From Octopus vulgaris (Eukaryota): a stretch of DNA of 64,000 nucleotides. The notes below the pieces were generated by a model, which worked only from the letters and a program-made list of their open reading frames with translations, made no database searches and had not been told where the DNA came from. The stretch is taken from positions 21,514,001-21,578,000 of the forward strand of contig OX597823.1 in the NCBI GenBank assembly GCA_951406725.2. The letters run 5' to 3'. Each line of letters begins with the position of its first letter. Positions within the stretch are counted from its first letter, which is position 1. The translations under genes and the position numbers were made by a program. Below are positions 37,230-52,586 of this stretch, one piece after another.

Positions 37230-38110
37230 GAACGGAGTGAAGCGTTCGTTCTTCCGCTTCTTCTGAATGGTACCCGTTCCACAAGTCGTACGCTTCCTTT
37301 GCTGTCAACACCCGCTGCATTGAGAACGGGGCATGCTGATGAGCAGAAATGTACTGCGATTGCGGCATTTCCAATACTCCTTAAAAGTGAAAAAGTGTGT
37401 TTGCCGTTTGCCAGGCGCTTTTATTTACAGTTCGTTTCTGTAACAGAGTTGCAATCCTGGATCAAGCAAAAACCGTGACAAATCGTTTGGCACCTGGAAT
37501 GTAGTCAAGTGCTCACAACTCTACCAGACGGGCAATGCAATATGTGGAAATTTAACGTGTCTGGTAGGAATGACAGCGTTCTCGAGGAAACCCTGGGCCT
37601 CGACGAAAATCAACCGGCTGGTTTCCTCCAAAGGACTTTCGGTCCAAGGTCCATGAATAATTTCCAGAAATTTTTGGTGGTGCAGTGCTACGGTGGGGAA
37701 TTACCGGTTCGCAATAAATTCTACAGATTCAGAAGTGCTGTCAGTCGAAGTTGTTCAAGACGTGCGCAAGGAAATGAAATCACTCTACACGCATTGCCCA
37801 TACTCGAGCATTACTGGTTTATGAATTTATGTTAAATACCTACTATCATGTGTAGGATTGTATCAGTTAACAGCTGAGACCACTGTGAATATCCTCATGT
37901 GATTTTCCTTTTGGCGAGAAGGGTAAGTAGTTTATATTTCTGGTAGCTTTTGTGAAAGTCGTTGCACAAAATTGAAAGGGTTTACGACAGGGCTAATGAT
38001 AGAAACCTTTCTATTTCACCATGCCTCAGCCAATTCTTTTAAATTCATGCTTATTCTTTAGTAAGGAGGGGAAGTAGTTTCCGTAACCCTTTACGGGATA
38101 TCTGAGACCG
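37230..38110 (+). pseudogene. Second degenerate Tx1/L1-type ORF2 fragment
   Basis: ORF 37509-37835 TLGLDENQ..RTFGPRSMNNFQKFLVVQCYGGELPVRNK aligns by eye with the 19147-19980 translation; outer boundaries approximate. Confidence 0.65.
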
Positions 38111-38879
38111 ATGATGGGAGAAGTCATCCTCAAACCGGAAAACTGGCTCCAATGCTTTCAACAGAGAGGCCTTTAAAATTACCCACGGTGCTGCATGATG
38201 GTGTGATATCAAGCAACAAAATCAGTCTATTATCCAAATAGGAAAAATAGGTTTTTGTCTCAGATTTTAATCAGCCGGGACAAATACCGCGATGTATCCC
38301 GGTCCTTTTTCACCAATCTACCGACCGACTCCGAAAGGCTGAAATGCAAATTTGGTGTCGACGACATTTGAACTAAGAAATTTCATATCCGATGCCTTGA
38401 ATGCTGAACGGCATTTCGTCCGCCTTTGAGTTCCAAGTTCAAATTCCGTCCTGGCTGAATTTACCTTTCATCCTTTGCGGTGGATAAGTACTGGTCAAGT
38501 GCTGTAGTCGATGTTATCGACATCCCCGTCCTCTAAAAATACTGCTTTTCCAGTACCGAAATCTGAAACCATTATATGTAACATCCTAACAACTCGTTAC
38601 CTGGGAAACTGTTTTACTGTACTGGTTGTATTGTCTATACTTATTAACATCCATTATGCTATAAATATTTTATTGTTATTATTTGTGGTTAGGAACCGCT
38701 CCTCAGCAGTAGAAATGACATCTTTTTTTAAGTTCACAGCTTTTAGTAATTGTTAGCTTTTAGTCTGACGGCTCTCTCTCTCCTCTTTCTTTCCCTCTCT
38801 CTTTCTCTCTCATTCCCTCTCTTTCTCTCCTTCTCACTCCCTCTCTTCTTCCCTTCTTTCTTTCTTTCGCTCTCCTCTC

Positions 38880-38927
<48 letters not shown>

Positions 38928-39049
38928 CCCTCTCATGCGGTATCGTTCTGGGAGTCATCTATTTCTCCATTTCCTTCTCCCCAGTATATTTTGAAATTCT
39001 GCACGGATTTTACTTGTTTTGTATTTATTTATTTTTGCAACTCCTTTCT

Positions 39050-39463
39050 TATTTCTTTATTGCCCACAAGGGGCTAAACATAGAGGGGACAAACAAGGAC
39101 AGACAAACGGATTAAGTCGATTATATCGACCCCAGTGCGTAACTGATACTTATTTAATCGACCCCGAAAGGATGAAAGGCAAAGTCGACCTCGGCGGGAT
39201 TTGAACTCAGAACATAGCGGCAGACGAAATACCTATTTCTTTACTACCCACAAGGGGCTACACACAGAGAGGACAAACAAGGACAGACAAACGGATTAAG
39301 TCGATTACATCGACCCCAGTGCGTAACTGGTACTTAATTTATCGACCCCGAAAGGATGAAAGGCAAAGTCGACCTCGGCGGAATTTGAACTCAGAACGTA
39401 ACGGCAGACGAAATACCGCAAAGCATTTCGCCGGCGTGCTAACATGTCTGCAAGCTCACCAAC
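39050..39463 (-). mobile_element. Dimeric SINE family 3 (tail B twice) within one 21-bp TSD
   Basis: Full monomer followed by a monomer starting at GGTATTTCG (junction 39233/39234); TSD ttatttttgcaactcctttct at 39029-39049 and 39464-39484. Confidence 0.92.
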
Positions 39464-40233
39464 TTATTTTTGCAACTCCTTTCTGTTGATTTGTCCTTGT
39501 CTAATTTTTTTTTTTTTTTTATGTAGTTAGTTTCTAATCTGTACTTAATATAAATAACTCCTTACATAGAAAGAAACTATCTTTTTTTTTTTTTTTTCCT
39601 TTTTTCCTTATTCATGCAACCCTATTACACCAATCACTTACCTTTGCTTGCTTCCAATTGTTTTTGTAGTCCTAATATTGTTATCATGTAGTAATTTTCG
39701 ATTTATATAAGATACCGCTCTTCCTGTGTGTGGGTTAGATATATATTCTGTCTCTGTCAGTTTTTGGCCGGTGGCTTCAGAAGTCTGATAAACATTATAT
39801 TTTTATCTATCTAGGCTCTACAAACTCACTTAACTCCAAGTTAATTATGCTGAAGCCATTATTAGGAAGTGGAATGTTTAGTGTATTTATGTCTTCACCT
39901 TTTTTCTAGCTGATAATTCAATTTTTAATATCAGTTTGAGTTCAATTTAGTGCTCGTCTCTCATTTCCTTCTTCATTTTCTGTGTTTTTTTTATATTTTA
40001 ATTAGCATATTTGCTCCTAGGTATTTGTAATGGTGGCTCTGGTCTAATTCTCTGATTTCGGCATCTCTGTCTAATTTAATATTCTTGTTCTTGTTAATTT
40101 ACCTCTTCTTATTGTAGCTGCGGGACATTGGTCTTATCGTATACTCAGTTTTATGTTTTAGCTGAACTTCTGGGAGATTAGGACATCACTAGAATATTTA
40201 TTACTTTATTTACTTTTTATTTGTATTAATGAA

Positions 40234-40330
<97 letters not shown>

Positions 40331-40331
<1 letters not shown>

Positions 40332-40836
40332 TAGCAGTATCGCCCGGCGTTGCTCGGGTTTGTAAGGGAAATAACTATATAAGCATTTTTAGAGAGTTAC
40401 TTCCCTTATAAATTCGGGTTTTCTTAGCCATTTTTGTTTTGGTGTCTTCAAGCCATGAAGTCGTTGTTCTAAAAGAACGCTGGTTTCCTTCACAACGCAT
40501 TACGACGTTGATTTCTTTACACTCCCTTCCCCACAGCTTCACGAGGGAGGGAAGGGGGAGAAGCAAATAGGTGCAGCTGTGAGCGTGGACGCCAACTCCG
40601 CCGCCATCGACACACGATGCATTTTATGCATTAAAATGGAATAAAAAATGATGTTAAATTATTTTTTAAATCGTAGACTCATCGTTGACGCGCGCTAATA
40701 GTCAGACGGGCTCGATATGAATCACGACTATAAGATACCCGAATTTGGTTAAACTGCACCGCAAAATGTGGGAGGAGTTAGGAATCTAAATCGAAGGGGA
40801 CAGACACTCACACAACTAGAGTTTTATATATATAGA
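40331..40836 (-). mobile_element. Non-autonomous Helitron, same family as 26299, inside (TA)n
   Basis: Same TC start, hairpin and CTAG end; shares blocks with the 26299 copy but has a different middle. Confidence 0.9.
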
Positions 40837-40844
40837 TATATATA

Positions 40845-41378
40845 CAAAAATGGGACAATGACGCAAAACATCCAGACAGTTAGGTGAAAAGAAAACAAAA
40901 TATCCAGACAGACGATACAAGGAAAACAAGGACGGATCATTCGGAGCTTTCTATCCTCAGTCGAGTTCCAGATTATCTTTGCAATTTCGGCTGGTTATAC
41001 TCGAGATTACTCCAATCTAGCCAGCCCTAAGGAAAAATAAGCTAAGAGCATTACATTCCTAGCAAGAAAGCAGCGAATGTATACGAAACAAGGACGGGAA
41101 AAAAAGCAACTGTTACACGAATATAAATAACAGGACATAACAACAGGTGTCTTTCGACTAAGGACGAATTAAATTAAGCTGACGTGTGTGGAAGTAAAAC
41201 CTTACGGCAGGGACATAAGATTTAACAAGCACAGGAAGGAATATAGATGTTGCACGGACAGTAGTCCAACCAAGAAAGAAAGGTCAGGCCTGGCTGAACA
41301 CTGGTCACGTGGGGAGAGAAGAAAGAGAGGTAGAGGCAGAGGGATAGAAGAATTAAGCAGGGTGGGAGAAAAATGAAA
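40845..41378. mobile_element. Unclassified microsatellite-flanked non-coding element, pLTR-like
   Basis: Flanked by TA/CA tracts, strong purine skew, partial ctgagga and gaaa motifs on minus. Confidence 0.35.
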
Positions 41379-41379
41379 G

Positions 41380-41447
<68 letters not shown>

Positions 41448-41503
41448 GTTTGTGTATATGTATATATGTGTTATCATGTGTGTGTCCCATCATCATCATC
41501 ACC

Positions 41504-41534
<31 letters not shown>

Positions 41535-42489
41535 CCATCATCATCATCATCTAACGTTCTTGTCTGGTATGAGATGAATGGTTTAAAAGAATCCGACGTG
41601 TCGTGTTACAATGTTTGCTTTGACATAGCCTTTTCTGTTAGATACTCTACCTAACACCAACTTCTTTATCGAATGTACTGCTTTCTTTTCTTTGTCCGGG
41701 CACCAGTGAGGTCATCATGTAGCTGGCAAGTCTAAGATCGCCTTCTGCTGGGTAGGGCTACAGCTGGGTAGCCTTCTGCTGGATAGGGCTACAGTAGAAA
41801 GTAGGGGTAGCTTTATGTTAAGTGATGAAGTAACAAAGCATGAAAAAAAGGGCCGGAACAGGTCTCATGCTACAGAAGAGATACATGCATCCCCATACAA
41901 GAGAGGGAAAAAATAATCGGAATGTAGCTGGAAAAAAAAATAATGACAGCAGTGAATAGTATCATTGTGTGTCATCTGGACTTTAAATGTTGTTTGATGG
42001 ATTATTCAACCGATCAAAACGAACTGTATAATAAATTTGACTCTACACTTAGTATTGAGTTTCTTACTAGTAAATTTCTGCTTGTATTCTTAAAATTTCT
42101 TTAAAATTATAATCTTAAGTAAACAATAATAAATCTCTGAACGAGGTTTGCAAATACCGATAGGTCACAGAAAGTGTGCCTATAGCCAGCTGGAGATGTT
42201 CTCCTGGGGCTACAAGCTACACTAACATCCATACCTTAGTGGTTAGCCATATTGAGATGGCAAATATACCTCACTTAAGTAAACATTTACATGTGTATGT
42301 ATACATACATAATAATATGCATGTACAAGTTATGTGCTTCTGTGCTGTTATTAGTTGATTAGTTTCATTCCTTGAATGAACAAACCTATGATCAAAAGCA
42401 TTCCAAAACTATTTTAAACGTTTTTTTTTTTTTTCTAGAAGTACATTATCCGATGTGGCTTTCCGTTCTAATGACAGTTGAAAGAGGCA

Positions 42490-42604
<115 letters not shown>

Positions 42605-42825
42605 TTGCAGGACTGTAAGTTTTTATCTCAAAGAGATTTTTATGGCTGTATCTAGCTGGTCGATTGACTCGCAGACTCATCCTACAGGCGCTCTTATGAA
42701 TCAGACAAAAGCTTCTAGGTTGTACAATGATACCTCTGTTAACATAATACATACCGTCCAATGTCCAATATCAGCAGTGAATATCTCCCTTATTAAAAAA
42801 ACACACACATACATACGCTATACAA

Positions 42826-42861
<36 letters not shown>

Positions 42862-42949
42862 CATCGCACTTTGAAGCTCTGTGTGTTTGTGTGTATATGT
42901 ATACACATATATGTATGTATATGTATATAAATATATATATAAACAAATG

Positions 42950-43008
<59 letters not shown>

Positions 43009-43016
43009 TTATATAT

Positions 43017-43067
<51 letters not shown>

Positions 43068-43232
43068 GTATATAGAGAGAGAGAAAAAGGAGGAGAACGA
43101 AAGGTATAGATATACATAGTAATATACATTATACCTATACTGCATGCGCAATTATAATTATGTTCATCTATACACCTATATGTATTGTTGTTGTTATTAT
43201 TATTATTACTATTATTATTATTATTATTATTA

Positions 43233-43304
<72 letters not shown>

Positions 43305-43516
43305 CGGATCTTAGACACCTTTTATTTTCCTTCCTTTTTTTCTTTCTGTAAGTTTGTGTCATAATGAAGCATAATTCGAAGAATTCTTCTGGATATAATA
43401 TTATCAAGTTTCACGCTATAATAAAAAAAAAACGCATTTATTTACTATTTCCTATTATTTCTATGAAATCCATGCAATCTTTTTTGTTATATACATATAT
43501 ATGATTATTATTATTA

Positions 43517-43586
<70 letters not shown>

Positions 43587-43734
43587 ATCGCATTTCTTTG
43601 ATTCTTCTACCGACTTTTCTCATTTTTGTTCTTGGTTGTCTACTTTTTGAAACATTTCCAAATATCTACACCTATTTCTGTATCTATTTATACATACATA
43701 TATACATACATACACACATTCAAATACATATATA

Positions 43735-43776
<42 letters not shown>

Positions 43777-43917
43777 ATATATCATATACATATACATATA
43801 CATATAAATATATATATATATCATAAAAGATATATCTGTGTGTGTATGTATGTGTTTGTGTGTATCTATTTACATTTACACATGTATATATAAATATACA
43901 GATATCATATGTGTATG

Positions 43918-43948
<31 letters not shown>

Positions 43949-44081
43949 TTGTATGTATGTATATATGTTTATATGTACACACATTTTATTTCCTTTCTTT
44001 ACACGAATTAAAACTCTTAGAAATGCTACAATATTGTAAACTAATTTGATAAAAATCTTTGGTTTTTCTCTTTTTATGTAG

Positions 44082-44158
44082 AATGGAGCGGAGAAAATGA
44101 CAGCGAATTCATTACGTCTGATGAGGAAGCGAGCGAAGAGAAAGAAAGTCTTCTTTGA
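44082..44158 (+). CDS. Putative terminal coding exon of host gene: (E)WSGENDSEFITSDEEASEEKESLL*
   Basis: Acceptor tttttctctttttatgtag; phase 1 matches the 22043 donor (G|AA = Glu); same acidic composition; TGA at 44156-44158; aataaa signals downstream. Confidence 0.7.
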
Positions 44159-45464
44159 AAAAGGAAGTAAAGACATTTGAAATACAGGATAAGACACACA
44201 TTCCATACACACACGCACACACACCCGTACACACGCACACATACACACGCGAACACCTATACACCTATACACACAGAGGACAAAATTTTAAAGTTTACAA
44301 AAACAGCAACCAAGTATAAATAATATACGTCGGACTGATAAAAAACGTTGAGTTTTTGCTTATATTTTCAAATTTTTTTTACGTGTTGGTGTTCGTGTGT
44401 GTGTGTGTTTGTGCGTGTGTGTGTGTGAGTGAGAGAGAGAGAGAGAGAAAGAATGTATGTGTATGTGTGAGTGTATGTGTGTGAATATGTATGAAGTTGT
44501 GAGTGTGCGTGAGCGTATGCACGTATTTGTGAAATTATGTGCGTAGGAGCGTGTGTGAATTTATGTGTTTGTGTATACCCTGCGGGTGAAGACAGTATGT
44601 CATAAGATGTGTAAAAAAAAAAACGAGAGCATGAATGAACTGAGATAACTATTGGAAATTTAGTGCAACAAAAACAATAAAACCAACAACAACCACATCA
44701 ACAGCAACCACAACAACAACAAACGAGATATTTATTTTATCTATCCTTTTTTTTCCCTTCAGTCCTGTAGCTGTATTTCACTATTATTATTTTCGCTTGC
44801 CTAATAAACTATTCAATGTATTGTATGCAGAAATCTGTTTCTTTGATTTGATTTGATTTTGTTGTTAATGTTGTTGTTTTATCGATTTATCGACTTTTCT
44901 TTTCTTCTACTATTCGGTGTTCCCCCACCTTTATTTTTTTTCTAATTCATATATATATTTTTTCATTAATTTACTTTCTCCTTCTTGGACATTCTTCACG
45001 ATTTACAAAAGGGATTCGATGTAATTGTTCAAGTTTTCAAGTTCCATTTGTTGAACACCATGAAATAGCTATAAAACGTTTCGAGCCTTTACTATAACTA
45101 TTCCGCTATTTGTAAGTTGTAAAGCGAGAGAAAGCTTCCATAAATAAATAGGAAATAACGAGAACGTACACACATTGGACATTGTATACAAAGCAAACTT
45201 GGGCATTAAATACATTTCCAATATGTTACCGGCTTCGTAGCATTTCCAGTCCGATTATGACCGCATAGCACTGTGCCAAACGATTGAGATATTTTCTTAT
45301 TTATCTTAGAACTGGTTCTTTACATACTGTTACGAATGTAAGAAACGAATTATTTTGTCAGCTGAATTATTGGTGAATTACGTATCGGTGGTAATTCGAT
45401 GGCATACATCATATTTATATTAAATTATACTATATCTGATGTATATAAAGAGAGAGAGAGAGAT

Positions 45465-45967
<503 letters not shown>

Positions 45968-45982
45968 AATATATATATATAT

Positions 45983-46075
<93 letters not shown>

Positions 46076-46083
46076 CAGACAAA

Positions 46084-46114
<31 letters not shown>

Positions 46115-46284
46115 GTTCTTTTAGTCTTTGATTCTTCTACTTGATTAAGTCATTTGACTGTGGCCATGCTGGAGCACCAATTTAGTAGAACAAATCGACC
46201 ACAGGACTTATTTTTGTAAGCCTAATACTTATTCTATTAGTCCCTTTTGCCGAACGTCTAAGATTCGGAGACGTATGTGTGTGC

Positions 46285-46333
<49 letters not shown>

Positions 46334-46493
46334 AAGGGCTTCTTTCAGTTTCTGTCTACCAAATCCATTCACAAGGCTTGGTCGGACCGAGGCTATAGTA
46401 GAAGACACTTGTATAAGGTGCCACGCAGCAGAACTGAACCCAGAACCATGTGTCTGGGAAGCAAGTTTCTTATCACACAGCCATGCCTGTGCC
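46115..46493 (-). mobile_element. SINE family 2
   Basis: Homology to 17542-17958. Confidence 0.87.
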
Positions 46494-46527
46494 TCACACA
46501 TACACACATATAAATAGTGCGAGACGA

Positions 46528-46582
<55 letters not shown>

Positions 46583-46727
46583 AATATAAGAGAGTTACCG
46601 TTAAGTGGTTAACTCTAGTGCTAAAAATAGCTCCTTATTCTGGTATAGCCACCGAAGTTGTTTCCACAAAGAAATAACATTACCTTCAACGTAAGGAAAG
46701 TGAAATACAACGAAAAGATAGATTAAT

Positions 46728-46799
46728 GCTGAACAATTGTTTCTTTATCAATATAATATGCAATTATACTCACATATTTATCTATAAATCATCAGCAGG
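46728..46799 (-). ncRNA. Type I hammerhead ribozyme, left arm
   Basis: Reverse complement of 47500-47571. Confidence 0.78.
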
Positions 46800-47499
46800 A
46801 TTTTTCTTCGATACAATTTATTAGACCCTCACGAGCGTCAAATACCCATGCGGTCCAATCGATTGCATACATAGTTGTGATTTAGGTTCTCCGCCAAAAG
46901 CATGGTAAGACTTAGTGGAAACGAATACTACATATAATATTTACTGCAGTATCATTAAATTTATAAATTCATAAATGAGGGTGAAAAATTAGATATTAAT
47001 TTAATAATACCATCAGTTTAACACCAAGTGGCTTAGCACATAAAAAACCCCCCAGGGAGACAATACAAATTTATACATAAATATAAGAGAGTTACCGTTA
47101 AGTGGTTAACTTTAGTGCTAAAAAGAGCTCCTTATTCTCGTATAGCCACCGAAGTTGTTTCCACAAAGAAATAACATTACCTTCAACAGTTAACCAATTA
47201 ACGGTAACTCTCTTATATTTATGTATAAATTTGTATTGTCTCCCTGGGGGGTTTTTTATGTGCTAAGCCACTTGGTGTTAAACTGATGGTATTATTAAAT
47301 TAATATCTAATTTTTCACCCTCATTTATGAATTTATAAATTTAATGATACTGCAGTAAATATTATATGCAGTATTCGTTTCCACTAAGTCTTACCATGCT
47401 TTTGGCGGGGAACCTAAATCACAACTATGTATGCAATCGATTGGACCGCATGGGTATTTGACGCTCGTGAGGGTCTAATAAATTGTATCGAAGAAAAAT

Positions 47500-47571
47500 C
47501 CTGCTGATGATTTATAGATAAATATGTGAGTATAATTGCATATTATATTGATAAAGAAACAATTGTTCAGC
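47500..47571 (+). ncRNA. Type I hammerhead ribozyme, right arm
   Basis: CTG-CTGATGA-TTTAT..ATAAA-GAAA-CAATTG-TT-CAG: canonical core, palindromic stem III. Confidence 0.78.
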
Positions 47572-47823
47572 ATTAATCTATCTTTTCGTTGTATTTCACT
47601 TTCCTTACGTTGAAGGTAATGTTATTTCTTTGTGGAAACAACTTCGGTGGCTATACCAGAATAAGGAGCTATTTTTAGCACTAGAGTTAACCACTTAACG
47701 GTAACTCTCTTATATTTATGTATAAATTTGTATTGTCTCCCTGGTTTTTTTATGTGCTAAGCCACTTGGTGTTAAACTGATGGTATTATTAAATTAATAT
47801 CTAATTTTCACCCTCATTTATGA

Positions 47824-47897
<74 letters not shown>

Positions 47898-48239
47898 TCG
47901 TCTCCCACTATTTCATTCATCACTGATCCGACTAACACGGTACGCGCAAATGTGGACATTATTACGCTTATCACGAATTGGTGATAACACGGGTCTTCTA
48001 GGACCACAAAAGCGATTGCAACTGACAGTCCACAATGCTCAAGATAACTTGAGAGTCTTGGAACTAAATCTATTTTCTTCGTGTTTTCTTTTTAATCCAT
48101 TTTACTCAATGAGTTTTTTTTAACCCTTGATAAACGAGGATAAATGTATTTTACTTGACAATTTGTGAACGGTAATGTAGGTTGTTTACAAGCCCCCACA
48201 GAAATTTCATTTCTAGTATTATTAGCACCATATTTAAAT

Positions 48240-48690
48240 CGACGAGCTGGCAGAATCGTTAGCACGTCGGGCAAAATGCTTAGCGGCGTTTCGTCCGTCT
48301 TTGCGTCCTGCGTTCAAATTCCGCCGTGGTTGACTTTGCCTTGCATCCATTCGTGGATTGATTTAAAATAAGAACCGGTTGATCACGTGTTTCGATGTAA
48401 TCGATTTATTCCTTCCCCTGAAATTGCTGTCCTCGTGCCAAAATTTGAAATCGCTATTAACACCACATTTAAGGCGGCGAGTTGGCAGAATCGTTTGCAA
48501 GCTGGACGAAATACTTAGCGGTATTTTGCCCGTCGCTACGTTCTGAGTTCAAACTCTGCCGCGGTCGACTTTGTCTTTCATCCTTTCAGGGTCGATAAAA
48601 TAAGTACCAGTTGAACACTGGGCTCGATGTGATCGACTCATCCCCGCTTCTCCCAAGCTACCCTTCTGGGGAAAAAAATTGAAATAATTA
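48240..48690 (+). mobile_element. Two adjacent SINE family 3 copies (~48240-48455 and ~48471-48690)
   Basis: Each has head, core and an A-like tail. Confidence 0.85.
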
Positions 48691-49150
48691 TTAATACCAT
48701 ATTTATCTCTCTACTAATTAAACATTTGACTGTAATTCTTTTTGCAATCTGTTTTGGAATCTCAACGCTCACATAAGAGTATAAACAATAGCATGTTAAT
48801 ATTGGGCTGAAAACCCTCTTTTGGACAAAAAAGGCTGCTGGTAGCGATTGAACCTACATCTCCTGTAGATATGGCAGGCTTTCTATCATTGTATCAAAGC
48901 AACCCTTCGAATTTATCTATCCATTTTAGAAACTTTATTCAAGGGATTGTGACCAGCGGTGAATAACATCCGATAATCTGATAGATACAGTGATGTGCGT
49001 GGGTGAGGGTGAGCAAAATTTGTGAATTACCGAATTCTTAAACCTGCTGGTCTATTGCATTTTGCTGATGAGTATTTATGGAACTAGTTTATACTCTGGC
49101 TCATTAGATAGCTCTGAGTGCTTATTACCTGTCCTTATACACCACATATT

Positions 49151-49230
<80 letters not shown>

Positions 49231-49242
49231 GCATACATACAT

Positions 49243-50628
<1,386 letters not shown>

Positions 50629-50727
50629 ATATGTATATATATATATGTGTGTGTGTGTGTTTAGGAATAAACCACTAGGTGGATGAACAATTTGCTAGAA
50701 GATCACATAGGATCTAACTACAAAGAA

Positions 50728-50943
50728 AAGAATGTTCTCTAGAGAAATTCATCAAACACTAGAGCATAGGTGGGCAAAACAGATAAAAATTATATAAAAA
50801 TCAAGAATTAATCGTATACTGGTTTCGTCTTTTACCGATAAATTACTTACGTAATTTTTCGACCGCAGATTTTTTATATAATTTTCATCTGTCTTGCCCG
50901 CCTATGTTCTGGTGTTTGCTTAATTTCTCTGGAAAACATTCTT
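50728..50943. repeat. ~75-bp imperfect inverted repeat with ~65-bp loop
   Basis: 50728-50802 versus reverse complement of 50868-50943. Confidence 0.85.
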
Positions 50944-51099
50944 ACAAATACTAACAAAATACTAACAAAATACGACCAATCCCATCCCTTAAAAAAACTC
51001 AACGTCGGAGCAGGCGTCTATAGACAACAATTCGATCTGGTGGAGAAGGCCTATGCAAGATGGACCAGCTAAGAAAGCCTTAATGGAGTTTACAGCCAA

Positions 51100-52551
51100 A
51101 TCAGTGACAGACCGTTATCATCTTATCACTTATACTTCTTGTTTCAAAGAGGTGAATTTGGAAGCAAGAAGAATAGCTAACAATCTTAAGATTAGCGATA
51201 GGATAGAATATTATTCCCCGCGACCCGCTTTTATTGCCCTTAAAGACCATAAAGCCAATTTTAATAGAAACCCTAAATGTAGATTGATTCATCCGGCTAA
51301 AACTGAAATAGGCATTATTAGCAAATATATTTTGGACCGTATTTTAACTAAGTTAGATAGTGAATTAGATTTGAGAATTTGGAAGAATAGTAAATCAGTT
51401 ATAGATTGGTTTAAAGGGATTAACTATAGGTATAACTGCAATTATACGCAGTTTGATATTATTGACTTTTACCCGTCAATATCTTAGACTTTACTCCTAA
51501 AAGCATCAGACTTCGCCAAGTAGTATGTCAACATCGATAACTCGGAAATTGATATCATACATGAGAGGCAATCACTTCTTTTTTACGAGGATTCCACCTG
51601 GGTTAAGAAGAGTGAGGATTCTCTTTTCGATGTACCGATGGGGGCATACGACGGGGCTGAGTTATGTATGCTCATAGGAGCTTATGTTCTACACAATCTA
51701 AAAATACAATTCCTGTTTATAAACTCAGGTTTATATAGGGATGACGGCCTTATGGTCACCCATAATTTCAACGGCCATGAATCAGATAAACTTAGGAAGG
51801 ACCTTATTGTTTTCTTCCAAAGGATGGGCTTACGGGTTACAATAGATACTAACCTGGAAAGTGTAGATTTTTTAGATGTAAATTTGGATTTAAGGTCGGA
51901 TAAATTTAAACCTTACCGTAAGCCTAATGATAAGCTATCATATATTAGCAAAGAATCTAATCATCCGCCAGTTATTCTTAGAAACTTAGTCAGTAATGTA
52001 GGTAAACGATTATTGTCAATTTCTTCGGATGAGGCAACAATCCAAAATGCTGCACCCTATTACAATAGCGCATTAAGGAATAGTGGATTCTCTTAGAAGA
52101 TCCAGTATAACCAACTTAATGCTAGCAGTAATGCTACACGTAGGACTAGGACTAGGAAAGTTTTGTGGTTCAACCCAGCTTTAAATTTGGCCGTAAAAAC
52201 AATATAGGTAGAGAATTCTTGAAATTAATATCTAGGCATTTTCAACCTGACCATAAGCTTTATAGAATACTAGCAGTATCGCCCGGCGTTGCGCTTTGTT
52301 TAAACCCTTTAGAATTGGAAGTTTTGAAAAATAAAAATTTGGCAGTATGTAGCTTATTATTCTTTTTAAGTGAAATACACCGAAAAATGGCGACACAGCA
52401 GTCAAAACATCGTAAAAAATAGGGATTTTCATAGAAAAAAGGCACCTTTTTGATGTAAATAATTTTTGGTGTTAACATGGTCCGATTTGAATTTTTTCTT
52501 CTACGGAAGGAAGAGTTAGCCTTCTTCTATCATACTCTCATATATATATGA

Positions 52552-52586
<35 letters not shown>

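Larger units (their letters stand above)
46577..47825. mobile_element. 497-bp HHR-containing unit in partial tandem plus inverted arrangement in (TA)n
   Basis: Left arm 46577-47187 and right arm 47188-47825 are opposite orientations of the same unit, each slightly more than one unit long. Confidence 0.9.

Noticed and set aside
39490-40200. Possible decayed LINE coding sequence on the minus strand
   Set aside because: Compositional hint only; no diagnostic motif recovered by eye.
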